Part shown: positions 16,988 to 26,278 of the stretch, piece by piece | Layout of the letters: each line of letters begins with the position of its first letter | Position numbering within the stretch: position 1 is the first letter of the stretch | Source: Pseudomonadales bacterium | GTDB lineage: Bacteria; Pseudomonadota; Gammaproteobacteria; Pseudomonadales; UBA7239 | Reading direction: 5' to 3' | Assembly (NCBI GenBank): GCA_020443005.1 | Contig: JAGRJA010000250.1 | Span: 1-40,088, forward strand | DNA: 40,088 nt | Translations under genes and position numbers: made by a program | The notes under the pieces: model-generated | What the model saw: only the letters and a program-made list of their open reading frames with translations | Told to the model about the DNA's origin: nothing | Database searches by the model: none

Positions 16988-19429
16988 ATGTCTCAGTGTT
17001 ATCACTGTGGTCTGGATACCACATCGAATACACCCTACCATCATGAAATAGATGGGTCTGAAAGAATCTTCTGTTGTCCCGGCTGTCAGGCGGTAGCCCT
17101 TACCATCCATGAAAATGGCTTGCAGGACTATTACAAACTGCGAAGCGCAAATGCCTCACCCTTGCTCAAACGACAACCAGCGGATTACGAACTCTATAAT
17201 GAACCCTTGCTTCAGGCAGAGTTTATAAAGAAAAACACCGCATCCAACTGGGAAGCCGAAATATTTATCGAAGATCTGCATTGCGCAGCCTGTTGCTGGC
17301 TAATTGAAAAAGCCGTTACCCGACAAAAAGGAATTGAAGACATCCAGGTCAATCTTTCAACGCACAAAGCGCTGGTGAAATTTGACCCCGAGCATTGCAA
17401 AGCGGCTGACATTTTTTCTGCAATTTCCAAACTGGGTTATCAGGCTGTTCCTGCTTCCGGTAACACCCCCCAAAAACACTTGCAACATCAACGCAAGGAA
17501 GACCTGAAGCGCCTGGGACTGGCGGGTCTGATCATGATGCAGACAGGAATGTTTTCCATTGCACTTTATGCGGGCGAATTTCAGGGAATCGCATACAGCC
17601 ATCAGACCCTGATTCGCGTTTTCAGCCTGATACTATCGACCATCATGCTCGCCTATTGCGCCAAACCCTTTTTTCAGGGCGCCCTGAGAAACCTCAAAAA
17701 CAAGGCACTTGGCATGGATACACCTATCAGCATAGCCTTGTCAGGCGCATGGGTTTCCAGCGCCTACGCCACAATGAGCGGAAACGGCCATGTCTATTTT
17801 GATTCAATTGCGATGTTCACCTTTCTTTTGCTGTTAGCACGGTATATCGAGTCCGGTTCACGCAACCACCCTTCATACTGGCATTTCCGGCCGGACATCC
17901 CTGCCAACTGCAAGCATCTGGATCAACAGGGGAAAATCATGATTGTGCCAGTTGCCAGCCTGAAAGCAGGCCAAATTATCCTTATCAACCCAGGGGAAAC
18001 CATAGTCGCAGATGGAGAAATCATCGAAGGTTGTTCAAGTGTCGATGATTCATCAATCAGCGGAGAGTTTTTACCAAAAAGAAAATCTGCAAACGATCCG
18101 GTTTATGCCGGTAGCATCAATCACGATGGCACCCTGAAAGTCCGAGTAAGCAGAGCTTCCGGCGACAGCAGTCTCTCCGTGATCAACAGGCTCACTGAGA
18201 GAGCGATGCTGGAAAAACCTGAAATAGCCGGTTTTGCCGAAACAGTAGCCTCCCTGTTCACGCTGATTGTATTGTCTTCCACGGGTTTGTGCGGCTTTCT
18301 CTGGTGGTACTTTAACCCTGAAAAACCGGCTCAGGAAATCTTTGAAATCTGTTTTTCGATGTTGATTGCAAGCTGCCCATGCGCATTGTCTCTGGCAACA
18401 CCGGCTGCACTCGCTTTTACCCATAACAGTTTTCGGGCAAAAGGTGTCTTTATCGTCACGAACAATGTGATTGAAAAACTGGTCACCATCAGTCGCGCCA
18501 TGTTTGATAAAACCGGCACACTGACAGAAGGTAGCTTCCGTATCGCAGAAATACAAACTTTGGGTTCACGCAACAAAAATCAATGTATCGCAATCGCCAC
18601 AACCATTGAATCTGTTTCCGATCATCCTGTTTCAGGTGCTTTCAGGCAAGCGCAAGCTTCCGGCCGAAAGGTTAACCATGCCCCTGATTCTTTCTGCCTT
18701 TTTTCAGGGGAAGGTATCGAGGCCGAGATCAAAGATACTGCCTACAGAATGGGGTCACTGCCATTTTGTCAGGAATGGCAACCCGACCTTGGTATGAAAG
18801 TGATGACCGGCGCCGCTCACTATCAAAGAATATGGCTGGTTTCAAAAGAAGAATGTCTTGCCTGCTTCTGCCTTGAAGACAGCATTCGTTCTGATGCAGC
18901 TGATCTGGTCAGCTACTTTTCCAGACAAAAACTTACAACCGAAATAATGAGTGGTGATAGCTCCAGTCATGTCGAATTTGTTGCCGGAAAACTCCATATT
19001 GACAACTTTCATACAGGAATGACAGCCAGCCAAAAACTGAAGATGATAAAAGACAGGCAAAAGAAAGGTGAAAGTGTACTGATGATAGGCGATGGCATAA
19101 ATGACGCGCCCGTTCTGGCTGCTGCCAATGTTTCAATTGCCATGGGTAACGCCAGTGATATCAGTAAAAACAGTGCCGACATACTATTATGTTCAAATCG
19201 GCTTTCCGATATCAAAACACTTTTAATTCAATCAAGAAAAACACTTCGCATTATCAAACAGAATATCGGCTGGGCCCTGTTTTACAACTGTTCCATTCTG
19301 CCGATGGCGGGTTTGGGGCTTGTCCCGCCCTGGTTGGCGGCAATCGGCATGTCATTAAGCTCTCTCGGCGTTATAATCAATGCACGAAGACTAAAACTGC
19401 CTCTGGAGTTATCAACAGTTCATGGATAG
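16988..19429 (+). CDS. ccoI: Copper-translocating P1B-type ATPase for cbb3 maturation
   Basis: N-terminal Cys-rich CYHCG...CCPGC, HMA-like CAACC, and the CPC, DKTGTLT and GDGINDAP motifs. ATG 16988. Confidence 0.93.
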   Translation: MSQCYHCGLDTTSNTPYHHEIDGSERIFCCPGCQAVALTIHENGLQDYYKLRSANASPLLKRQPADYELYNEPLLQAEFIKKNTASNWEAEIFIEDLHCAACCWLIEKAVTRQKGIEDIQVNLSTHKALVKFDPEHCKAADIFSAISKLGYQAVPASGNTPQKHLQHQRKEDLKRLGLAGLIMMQTGMFSIALYAGEFQGIAYSHQTLIRVFSLILSTIMLAYCAKPFFQGALRNLKNKALGMDTPISIALSGAWVSSAYATMSGNGHVYFDSIAMFTFLLLLARYIESGSRNHPSYWHFRPDIPANCKHLDQQGKIMIVPVASLKAGQIILINPGETIVADGEIIEGCSSVDDSSISGEFLPKRKSANDPVYAGSINHDGTLKVRVSRASGDSSLSVINRLTERAMLEKPEIAGFAETVASLFTLIVLSSTGLCGFLWWYFNPEKPAQEIFEICFSMLIASCPCALSLATPAALAFTHNSFRAKGVFIVTNNVIEKLVTISRAMFDKTGTLTEGSFRIAEIQTLGSRNKNQCIAIATTIESVSDHPVSGAFRQAQASGRKVNHAPDSFCLFSGEGIEAEIKDTAYRMGSLPFCQEWQPDLGMKVMTGAAHYQRIWLVSKEECLACFCLEDSIRSDAADLVSYFSRQKLTTEIMSGDSSSHVEFVAGKLHIDNFHTGMTASQKLKMIKDRQKKGESVLMIGDGINDAPVLAAANVSIAMGNASDISKNSADILLCSNRLSDIKTLLIQSRKTLRIIKQNIGWALFYNCSILPMAGLGLVPPWLAAIGMSLSSLGVIINARRLKLPLELSTVHG

Positions 19430-19652
19430 CCTCTATATTCTCATTCCTATCGCAATGGTTTTTTCAGCGCTTGCCATCGCCGCCTATTTATGGGCAGTAA
19501 ACAGTGGCCAGTATGATGACCTTGAAAAAGAAGCTAGCCAGATACTTTTTGATGATCCCTCAGTCTTTAACCTGCAAAATGAAAAAACAAATGAACAATC
19601 AGGCAACCCGCAAACCGGTTGCATCCCGACTGAACAAAAAAGTGTGCAATGA
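19422..19652 (+). CDS. ccoS: cbb3 oxidase maturation protein CcoS/FixS
   Basis: 76 aa. MDSLYILIPIAMVFSALAIAAYLWAVNSGQYDDLE matches the CcoS signature. Overlaps the ccoI stop. Confidence 0.9.
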   Translation: MDSLYILIPIAMVFSALAIAAYLWAVNSGQYDDLEKEASQILFDDPSVFNLQNEKTNEQSGNPQTGCIPTEQKSVQ

Positions 19653-20515
19653 CTGAATTGCAATCCCCTTATCTGATTGCTTTTTTTTTGGGCCTGATGG
19701 GCAGCACACACTGTATCGGCATGTGCGGAGGAATTTCCGGCAGTATCGGCCTGACGCTTGATGAAAGACCGCTCAAGACCTTGCTTTACACCACACTGTT
19801 CAATCTGGGCAGAATAAACAGTTATGTGTTTGCAGGCTTGTTAATCGGCACGCTAGGCACACTAGTCTCTTCCATTGCTCCTGCGCCTGCCACCCTGATC
19901 GCGGTCTCCAGAACGCTTTCGGGTATTTTGCTGGTTGTCATGGCGCTTTATATTGGGCAATGGTGGTCAGGGTTGGCAAAACTGGAACATCTTGTCGGGG
20001 GCTTGTGGCAACACATCCAGCCTCTCACACGCGCTTTATTACCGGTCAGGCAATGGCATCAGGCATTATTAGTCGGGTTTATCTGGGGCTGGATACCTTG
20101 TGGTCTTGTCTACAGCACACTGATATGGGCGTCCTTGACCACCCAAGGAATTGACATTGCCCTGCTGATGTTGTGTTTCGGCTTCGGTACTGCCCCCGCC
20201 ATGATAAGCACCCTTTTTTTTGCCAACAAACTGGCAAAAGTGCTTCAGCATAAATTTACCCGTAGCACCCTTGCAGGGGCACTGATCGTGTTTGGCCTCT
20301 GGACGATTATTGGCGGGAATATGCATTATTTTCATACTGGCTCATCACACACACACACCGAAAGCTCAGTAAAAATTGAAACCGACAAAACCAAAAGCCA
20401 CGCGCCTGATGCGGCTTCCACAAACTCCGATGCTCCTCCCACAACTGATCAGCCTGCACAGCAGGACAAAAATGAACCCCTTGAACAACATGACAGGCAT
20501 CATCAACATCATTAA
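19649..20515 (+). CDS. TauE/SafE- or DsbD_2-like polytopic membrane protein with His-rich C-terminal tail
   Basis: HCIGMCGG motif in the first TM helix. ATGA overlap with the ccoS stop. Tail is HTGSSHTHTE...HDRHHQHH. Confidence 0.7.
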   Translation: MTELQSPYLIAFFLGLMGSTHCIGMCGGISGSIGLTLDERPLKTLLYTTLFNLGRINSYVFAGLLIGTLGTLVSSIAPAPATLIAVSRTLSGILLVVMALYIGQWWSGLAKLEHLVGGLWQHIQPLTRALLPVRQWHQALLVGFIWGWIPCGLVYSTLIWASLTTQGIDIALLMLCFGFGTAPAMISTLFFANKLAKVLQHKFTRSTLAGALIVFGLWTIIGGNMHYFHTGSSHTHTESSVKIETDKTKSHAPDAASTNSDAPPTTDQPAQQDKNEPLEQHDRHHQHH

Positions 20516-20541
20516 CAAAAAACTCACACCCATGTCCCAAT

Positions 20542-20574
20542 AAAAAAAAAGGAGCATAAAAATGCTCCTTTTTT
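20542..20574. terminator. Bidirectional intrinsic terminator
   Basis: GGAGCAT-aaaa-ATGCTCC (20551-20568) flanked by A9 and T6. Lies between convergent genes. A second small hairpin TTCGCC-gaa-GGCGAA follows. Confidence 0.8.
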
Positions 20575-20608
20575 CACTTCGCCGAAGGCGAAAATCAGGG
20601 TCGGTCGG

Positions 20609-21304
20609 TTAGAACTTGTAGCCAACACCTACCATGTAAACCCAAGGGTCAATGTCGACATCTGCTGTCACCTTCCCGGCAGGACTTTTTATAGTTGCTT
20701 CTGTGTCAATATCAAGGTTCCACACAGACAGATTCACCAGCAAATTCTCACTGACGGTAATATCCACACCTGCTTCCAGTGCCAAGCCCCAGGAATCATC
20801 CAGCGACATTTTAGATTTCCCACCCAGTGCTGTTTCGAGCCCGCTGTGTACATCCTCGTCAAAGAACACGTTGTAATTCACACCTACGCCGACATAAGGC
20901 TGTACAGTCGCCTCCTTGTCATTAAAGAAATACTGTGCAGTTACAGTTGGGGGCAAATGTTTTGTGCTACCAATGTTTTTGGTGGCAAGCGCGCCCTGAA
21001 TCGTCGAATCACCCTTGATTTCATGATCAAAGGGGGTTGCGGCCAACACGCCCAGACCAATATGATCGGTGAACATATAGGTGCCGGTGATGCCCAACTG
21101 TGTATTATTGTCAACAGAAAGGTCTCCGCCAGCCGTTGCACCCAAAACAGCACCGTTCAATTTGAGATCGTTGTTACTTTCGTCGGGAGCCACAGTCGCT
21201 GCACCCAAACGCAAAATAAAATCCCCTGCCTCATGTGCCTGAACCGAACCGGCGGTCAAACCAAAACCGATCACAGCAGCTGTTGCCAAAATATTTTTTC
21301 TCAT
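20609..21304 (-). CDS. ompW: OmpW family outer membrane protein
   Basis: Signal peptide ending VQA-HE. HEAGDFILRLGAATVAPDE start and C-terminal ...VGVGYKF beta-barrel terminus. 231 aa. Confidence 0.9.
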   Translation of the reverse strand: MRKNILATAAVIGFGLTAGSVQAHEAGDFILRLGAATVAPDESNNDLKLNGAVLGATAGGDLSVDNNTQLGITGTYMFTDHIGLGVLAATPFDHEIKGDSTIQGALATKNIGSTKHLPPTVTAQYFFNDKEATVQPYVGVGVNYNVFFDEDVHSGLETALGGKSKMSLDDSWGLALEAGVDITVSENLLVNLSVWNLDIDTEATIKSPAGKVTADVDIDPWVYMVGVGYKF

Positions 21305-21368
21305 GTAATTGCTACACTTGATAACACCAAAAAGTGATGCAATTCTAATAAAGCCCTTTTTTTTATTA

Positions 21369-21382
21369 TTGACTTAAATCAG
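21369..21382 (-). promoter_or_regulatory. FNR box TTGACTTAAATCAG upstream of ompW
   Basis: 8/10 to the consensus. Centre is about 72 nt upstream of ATG 21304. ompW is FNR-regulated in enterobacteria. Confidence 0.5.
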
Positions 21383-21455
21383 GATAAACGACGAAACATT
21401 ATGATTAAACATATGTTTCATTATCGCCAGTTTTACAAGAGGCTGTTGACAGAGG

Positions 21456-21737
21456 CTAGTGCGGGGGCATCCACGGATTTTCGATATCAAACCGGCCCCG
21501 CGCTTGCAATTCTTTTTTGACGCTTTGGTATAAATGCCGCTGCTCCTCGGTGAGAAGATTCTGGCTATCTCTCAAGATTTCCCATAATTTTTCTGATGAG
21601 AAACTGCCTGCATCAATATCCTCTAGTGAATATAAAATAACTTTCGAGTCCGGATTTTTTGCAGGGGCATTTCTTTTAACTGAACATAAAATTGACTTGT
21701 TAAAGTCATTTTGAAGTTTATCCCGGTTTTCCAGCAT
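21456..21737 (-). CDS. Hypothetical protein (93 aa), AT-rich
   Basis: Only an uninterrupted ORF in an otherwise ORF-free AT-rich 540-nt gap. No clear SD and no recognised motif. Confidence 0.3.
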   Translation of the reverse strand: MLENRDKLQNDFNKSILCSVKRNAPAKNPDSKVILYSLEDIDAGSFSSEKLWEILRDSQNLLTEEQRHLYQSVKKELQARGRFDIENPWMPPH

Positions 21738-21842
21738 CACTTTTTGCAGACCTCATTTTTACAATGATGCGTATTCTATGATTCGAATATAAAAAAGCAG
21801 TTAAGTTCAGGGTTGATTTGTATTTATTTCTGATTTTTGTAA

Positions 21843-22334
21843 TCAAATACCGCTAAACAGTTTTTCATTTTTTATCAGCGGCAGTGCCATCAGCAAGGCA
21901 TCTTCGCGACCCTTTTTTGCAGGATAGTAACCCCTGCGTTGACCGATCTCTACAAAGCCAACGGACAAATAGAGGTTAATGGCCGAAAGATTACTCACCC
22001 TGACCTCCAGAAAAATGGTTTCTGCCTCGGCTTTTGCCATTGAGATCAATTTGTTCAACATCGTCCTGCCAAAGCCCCTGCCCCGATACTGAGTAGAAAC
22101 CAGAAGGTTCAGCAAGGTGTATTCATCTGCGACTGACAAAGCGGCAAAATAGCCTACAATCTCCTCATGGAACTCATAAAGACCGACACGGTGTCTGCCC
22201 GAATCAAGCGTTCCCTCAAGTATTTCATAAGACCATGGATAGGCTTGTTCTTGATATTCCAGCGCATAAAGGCGCTCGATATCAGAGGGCCGCGCCATTC
22301 TGAAAGATGGCATCTCCTGCTTGCCCGCTTTCAT
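21843..22334 (-). CDS. rimI: Ribosomal-protein-alanine N-acetyltransferase (GNAT)
   Basis: YRGRGFGRTML acetyl-CoA motif, and ...FLEVRVSNLSAINLYLSVGF...RRGYYPAKKGREDALLMALPL closely parallels E. coli RimI. ATGA overlap with the upstream gene. Confidence 0.85.
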   Translation of the reverse strand: MKAGKQEMPSFRMARPSDIERLYALEYQEQAYPWSYEILEGTLDSGRHRVGLYEFHEEIVGYFAALSVADEYTLLNLLVSTQYRGRGFGRTMLNKLISMAKAEAETIFLEVRVSNLSAINLYLSVGFVEIGQRRGYYPAKKGREDALLMALPLIKNEKLFSGI

Positions 22335-23278
22335 ATTTCCCCCATAAATGGCGAAAGCCTCTCCCAGACCTGCTTTTTCAAAACCGGAGACGATATTAAG
22401 GCCTGCAATGAAGGAAGAAAAACAGTCGTGATCGTTGAGGAAAACACCGGCTCGGGTGTCAAAAGTGCACGAATATCATCACCCATAACGAAAAGATACC
22501 GGCTGTTATAATGTTCCTGACAAACCTCCAGAAAAGCGAGCAACCTTTCCTGTGCCGCCAATCGCAGGTTTGCGCCATCCGCACTGGGCTGCCATTCAAA
22601 CTGCCGCACGGGTGCAACCATGTCCAGTGGTTTTTGCAAGGCAAAAAAAATCGCCTTTATTAAATGGAAATGCGCGCCACCGAGATGCTTGCTGTTATTG
22701 AGAAGCAGCACATCGGGCACAGGTTGAAACAGGGATAGCTGAAAGGCCGACTGGCAAATTACCGGTTCTTCCCGCTGTGTTTCCAAAGCCACTTCAGCCT
22801 GCGGTTTTTGACCCGATGGAATCCCGGGTATGGACGGTGCATCTTCAACAGCAACGACCGCGTTTTCTGAAGGTGCCTTATCCGGAACTTTGGGCTTGCC
22901 ATCCGGGTTAAAAAAACGGGCCTTGATATCGGCAAGACTGGTAATTTTCATGGAAGCCGTTTCAGGGCTGGAAGTGTTGTTTTCCTCCGGCTTGCTGGCG
23001 TGCTCCACGCTTGTTGAAGTCAAGGTTTGCGACAGCTGTTCGACGCCCCCGTTAAAAGGCTTAACCTGCTCCCCGGCACCAGAAACCAGGCCAAACGCCC
23101 CGTATTGATCAGTTTCAGGCTCGATGGCGGCTGACGATACAAGGCCATGTGCGTCAGGGGAAAGCATACCCTGGCCTTCTTGCATGACCGACGGTTTCGC
23201 TGCGGATAACTGAAAACGGGCCTTGTAGGAAACAACGCCCATTTTTTCCAGATACCTCAAGCGAGTGATGTCATCCAT
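22331..23278 (-). CDS. Possible DNA polymerase III psi subunit (HolD-like) with long low-complexity linker
   Basis: The N-terminus MDDITRLRYLEKMGVVSYKAR resembles the psi N-terminal R..L..LGI..W motif. Position directly upstream of rimI, as for holD in E. coli. The central Ser/Pro/Glu-rich region has no match I recognise. Confidence 0.4.
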   Translation of the reverse strand: MDDITRLRYLEKMGVVSYKARFQLSAAKPSVMQEGQGMLSPDAHGLVSSAAIEPETDQYGAFGLVSGAGEQVKPFNGGVEQLSQTLTSTSVEHASKPEENNTSSPETASMKITSLADIKARFFNPDGKPKVPDKAPSENAVVAVEDAPSIPGIPSGQKPQAEVALETQREEPVICQSAFQLSLFQPVPDVLLLNNSKHLGGAHFHLIKAIFFALQKPLDMVAPVRQFEWQPSADGANLRLAAQERLLAFLEVCQEHYNSRYLFVMGDDIRALLTPEPVFSSTITTVFLPSLQALISSPVLKKQVWERLSPFMGEI

Positions 23279-23283
23279 TCCGC

Positions 23284-24831
23284 TCAGACACCACCACTTT
23301 GAGGGTGAGCCCGCTCCACACGAGACATCATAATATTAAGCGCATTCAGATATGCCTTGACGGAAGCGACAACAATATCGGTATCGGCACCATTACCGTT
23401 TACGATACGGCCATCGCGCTCCAGCCGAACAGTAACTTCACCCTGCGAATCCGTTCCACTGGTGATGGCATTGACAGAATACAACTGTAAGTCGGTACCG
23501 CTTTGGGCGATTTTTTCGATTGCCTTGAAGGACGCATCGACCGGCCCGCTGCCATCGGCAGATGTTCTCTGCGATTGCCCGGCGACCATCAACTCGATTT
23601 CAGCATGGGGCGTCGAGCCTGTTTTGGAATGCACTTCCATACTTTTCAGGCGATAGGTTTCCCCCACTTCAGTGGAGTTCACATCGCTGACCAAAGCCTG
23701 TAAATCCTCGTCAAAAATCTCATGCTTCTTGTCAGCCAGCTCCTTGAAACGGGCGAATGCCTCATTCAATTCTTCAGGCGTCCCGAAAACCACACCCAAC
23801 TCCTCAAGGCGGGCTTTGAACGCTGCACGCCCGGAATGCTTACCCATCACCAGTTTATTGGTATTCCAGCCAACATCCTCAGCTCTCATGATTTCGTAGG
23901 TTTCACGGTGCTTCAAAACACCGTCCTGATGAATACCGGACTCATGGGCGAATGCATTCGCTCCGACAATTGCCTTGTTCGGTTGTACAGGGAAACCGGT
24001 AATATTGGAAACAAGGCGGGAAGCGGGAACAATGTGCCGGGTATCAATACCCGTTTCTACCGGAAAAACATCCTTGCGGGTTGCCACGGCCATGACGATT
24101 TCTTCCAGCGACGCATTACCTGCCCGCTCGCCCAGACCGTTTATGGTGCACTCCACCTGCCGGGCACCATGCACTACGGCAGACAAGGAGTTGGCAACAG
24201 CCAAACCAAGGTCATTGTGACAATGCACGGAAAACACTGCTTTATCTGCATTGGGAATATTCTGTATCAATTTGCCAATCGTCTCACCAAACTGACCCGG
24301 CTCACCATAACCGACGGTATCGGGAATATTGATGGTTCCTGCTCCGGCATTGATACAGGCTTCAATAATTCTGCACATGAATTCAAACTCGGAACGACTG
24401 GCATCCTCAAGTGAAAATTCAACATTATCGGTAAACTGACGCGCATAGGTAACCGCCTTGACAGCCTGCTCAATGACCTGGGGTGGCTCCATCTTCAGTT
24501 TGTATTTCATGTGAATCGGCGAAGTGGCGATGAAAGTATGAATACGGCTGGATGCTGCATTTTTCAGCGCATCTGCGGCCCTTGCTATGTCGCCTTCAAC
24601 TGCCCGCGCCAAACTGCAAACAGTGCTATCCTTAACCGCATTGGCAACTGCCTTGACAGCGTCAAAATCACCCGGGCTGGCAATAGCAAAACCGGCTTCG
24701 ATCACATCAACCTTCATTTTTTCAAGCACTTTCGCGATACGCACCTTTTCATCCCGTGTCATTGATGCACCGGGGCTTTGCTCACCATCTCTCAAGGTAG
24801 TATCAAAAATAATTAACTTGTCTTTGCTCAT
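23284..24831 (-). CDS. leuA: 2-isopropylmalate synthase
   Basis: 515 aa. [26 protein letters not shown] and a C-terminal LeuA regulatory domain. Confidence 0.95.
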   Translation of the reverse strand: MSKDKLIIFDTTLRDGEQSPGASMTRDEKVRIAKVLEKMKVDVIEAGFAIASPGDFDAVKAVANAVKDSTVCSLARAVEGDIARAADALKNAASSRIHTFIATSPIHMKYKLKMEPPQVIEQAVKAVTYARQFTDNVEFSLEDASRSEFEFMCRIIEACINAGAGTINIPDTVGYGEPGQFGETIGKLIQNIPNADKAVFSVHCHNDLGLAVANSLSAVVHGARQVECTINGLGERAGNASLEEIVMAVATRKDVFPVETGIDTRHIVPASRLVSNITGFPVQPNKAIVGANAFAHESGIHQDGVLKHRETYEIMRAEDVGWNTNKLVMGKHSGRAAFKARLEELGVVFGTPEELNEAFARFKELADKKHEIFDEDLQALVSDVNSTEVGETYRLKSMEVHSKTGSTPHAEIELMVAGQSQRTSADGSGPVDASFKAIEKIAQSGTDLQLYSVNAITSGTDSQGEVTVRLERDGRIVNGNGADTDIVVASVKAYLNALNIMMSRVERAHPQSGGV

Positions 24832-24958
24832 GGAAAAACTCCAATCCTGATTGCAGGCATACAGCCTGAAAAATATCGTAGCCGTTAAAGCGGCCTATTA
24901 TGGCACTTCGGCTAACGGCAATAAATAAAACTTGTGGGGGGAATAATAGAATCTGCCA

Positions 24959-25069
24959 CTAGGGCAGTAGAGAAAGCAGCAAGGAATAATTCACGCCAAC
25001 ACAGAAAACCTGCCGGGCAGTTTTACCCGACAAAACCGTTTCTGTTGATATGTGAATTGCTGGTTTCAT
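24959..25069 (-). promoter_or_regulatory. Candidate Leu-rich leader peptide ORF upstream of leuA
   Basis: AGGTGA SD precedes ATG 25069. The 36 codons end in ...NYSLLLSLLP* (TTG CTG CTT TCT CTA CTG). The stop lies in the loop of CTGCC-ctagt-GGCAG, and an identical CTGCC/GGCAG pair lies upstream. Confidence 0.3.
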
Positions 25070-25123
25070 GCGTCACCTTAATTAAGCGCTTATGATAACG
25101 CTGAACAACGATAAAACCAAGAC

Positions 25124-25142
25124 GAGACCGAATATTCGGCTC
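25124..25142 (-). terminator. Hairpin after the GT2 gene
   Basis: On the minus strand, GAGCCGAATATTCGGTCTC followed by gtcttggttttatcg. Begins 34 nt after the stop at 25176. Confidence 0.4.
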
Positions 25143-25175
25143 AATTTCTCGACAAAAGGTGAACAGTGCTCATGA

Positions 25176-26024
25176 CTAAAGCCATCGCCAACCGTAAGTG
25201 TTATAAAAGGTGATCGCAGAACGGGCGAACAACCTGATATGGTGCCACCCTTTTTTGGCCGAGTGACCGCCCACATGAATGATTTTCATATCCGGACAAT
25301 AAGCCACCTTTGCCAGCCAGGCCATACGCAAGGAAAGATCGAAATCCTCAAAATAGAGAAAATAATCCTTTGAAAAGCCCCCCACCGACTTCAGCATCTG
25401 TGTTCTTGCCAACATGCAGCAGCCACTGATTATGGGTATTTCCTTACAAGCCCTGCCCGCTGTATAAACATCCTGCATTTCATAGTTTGCCAACCGTTTG
25501 CCGAAAAATCTTTTCACCCAGGATGGCGCAAAGCCCCGCAACAGAAAATCCAGAACCGTGGGAAACCGCTTGCACAAATACAAAGGCCTGTTTTTCTCAT
25601 CCACCACATGAGGCGCAAGCAAACCGACATCAATATTTGCCTGCAGATACGCCACTCCTTTTAAAAGCGCATCCTCCTCAAGAAAAACATCCGGGTTCAG
25701 AATCAGGTGAAAACGGCTTTGTCGGTTTTCAATACAGCGATTGTGACCGCCACCATAACCCAAATTGGTCGTGTTTTTGATGATGTTCACCTGGTCGAAG
25801 CAGGCGCTTAACTGCTCCATACAGCGCTCTGGCAGATTGGCCAGAGAAGTCTGCTGCGGGTGATTATCGAGCAGACAAAGACTCAAACGCTCGCTCTCGG
25901 GAAATGACTTCAGCTTTTCTGCCGCCTTCACAAGGTGCATCAGCGTTTTTTCAAGCACCGATATATCGGTGTCATACAAAACGACAGAGACCGACAAAAG
26001 TACAGCTGGAGCAGAAGAATTCAT
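25176..26024 (-). CDS. Family 2 glycosyltransferase (rhamnosyltransferase-like)
   Basis: SVSVVLYDTD N-terminal strand, LGYGGGHN, NPDVFLEEDAL (DxD-equivalent) and FLYFEDFDLSLR (ED motif). ATG 26024; the ORF-track start 26039 is TTG. Confidence 0.8.
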   Translation of the reverse strand: MNSSAPAVLLSVSVVLYDTDISVLEKTLMHLVKAAEKLKSFPESERLSLCLLDNHPQQTSLANLPERCMEQLSACFDQVNIIKNTTNLGYGGGHNRCIENRQSRFHLILNPDVFLEEDALLKGVAYLQANIDVGLLAPHVVDEKNRPLYLCKRFPTVLDFLLRGFAPSWVKRFFGKRLANYEMQDVYTAGRACKEIPIISGCCMLARTQMLKSVGGFSKDYFLYFEDFDLSLRMAWLAKVAYCPDMKIIHVGGHSAKKGWHHIRLFARSAITFYNTYGWRWL

Positions 26025-26278
26025 TACCGGAGCACACAAACAGATAGAAACACGAAACTATAACCCATACGCTTCCATTTTCGAGAAGAAAATCACCAGA
26101 AACCTTCGGCCGACAAACACTGTCCCCGAGACAAAATCACTTGCCCCGCCTTTCCACAACTTTAGGGGCTCACCCACCTGAAGAGAAAAATGAACTATAT
26201 CCCCTATTCCCTTGCAATTATTTTCCTGCGAAAGCTATTATGACGGGCTATTCTTTTCAACGAAGTGTAAAAATACCA

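Noticed and set aside
19689-19697. T9 run, with similar T8/A8 runs at 20214, 22641 and 29168
   Set aside because: They correspond to Phe-Phe or Lys-Lys codons in ordinary genes or tails. Unlike the G/C tracts, I see no contextual reason to propose slippage regulation.
20346-20357. (CA)6 dinucleotide repeat
   Set aside because: It encodes the HTHT part of the His-rich tail. It is short and near the 3' end of the gene, so it is unlikely to be a functional phase-variation tract.
20846-21337. 163-aa + strand ORF
   Set aside because: It is antisense to ompW and runs through the ompW promoter, with no SD.
23722-24414. 230-aa + strand ORF
   Set aside because: It is antisense to leuA, which has unambiguous family motifs.
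25082-25276. 64-aa minus-strand ORF spanning the GT2 stop
   Set aside because: It is a different frame overlapping the GT2 3' end and its terminator hairpin, with no SD.
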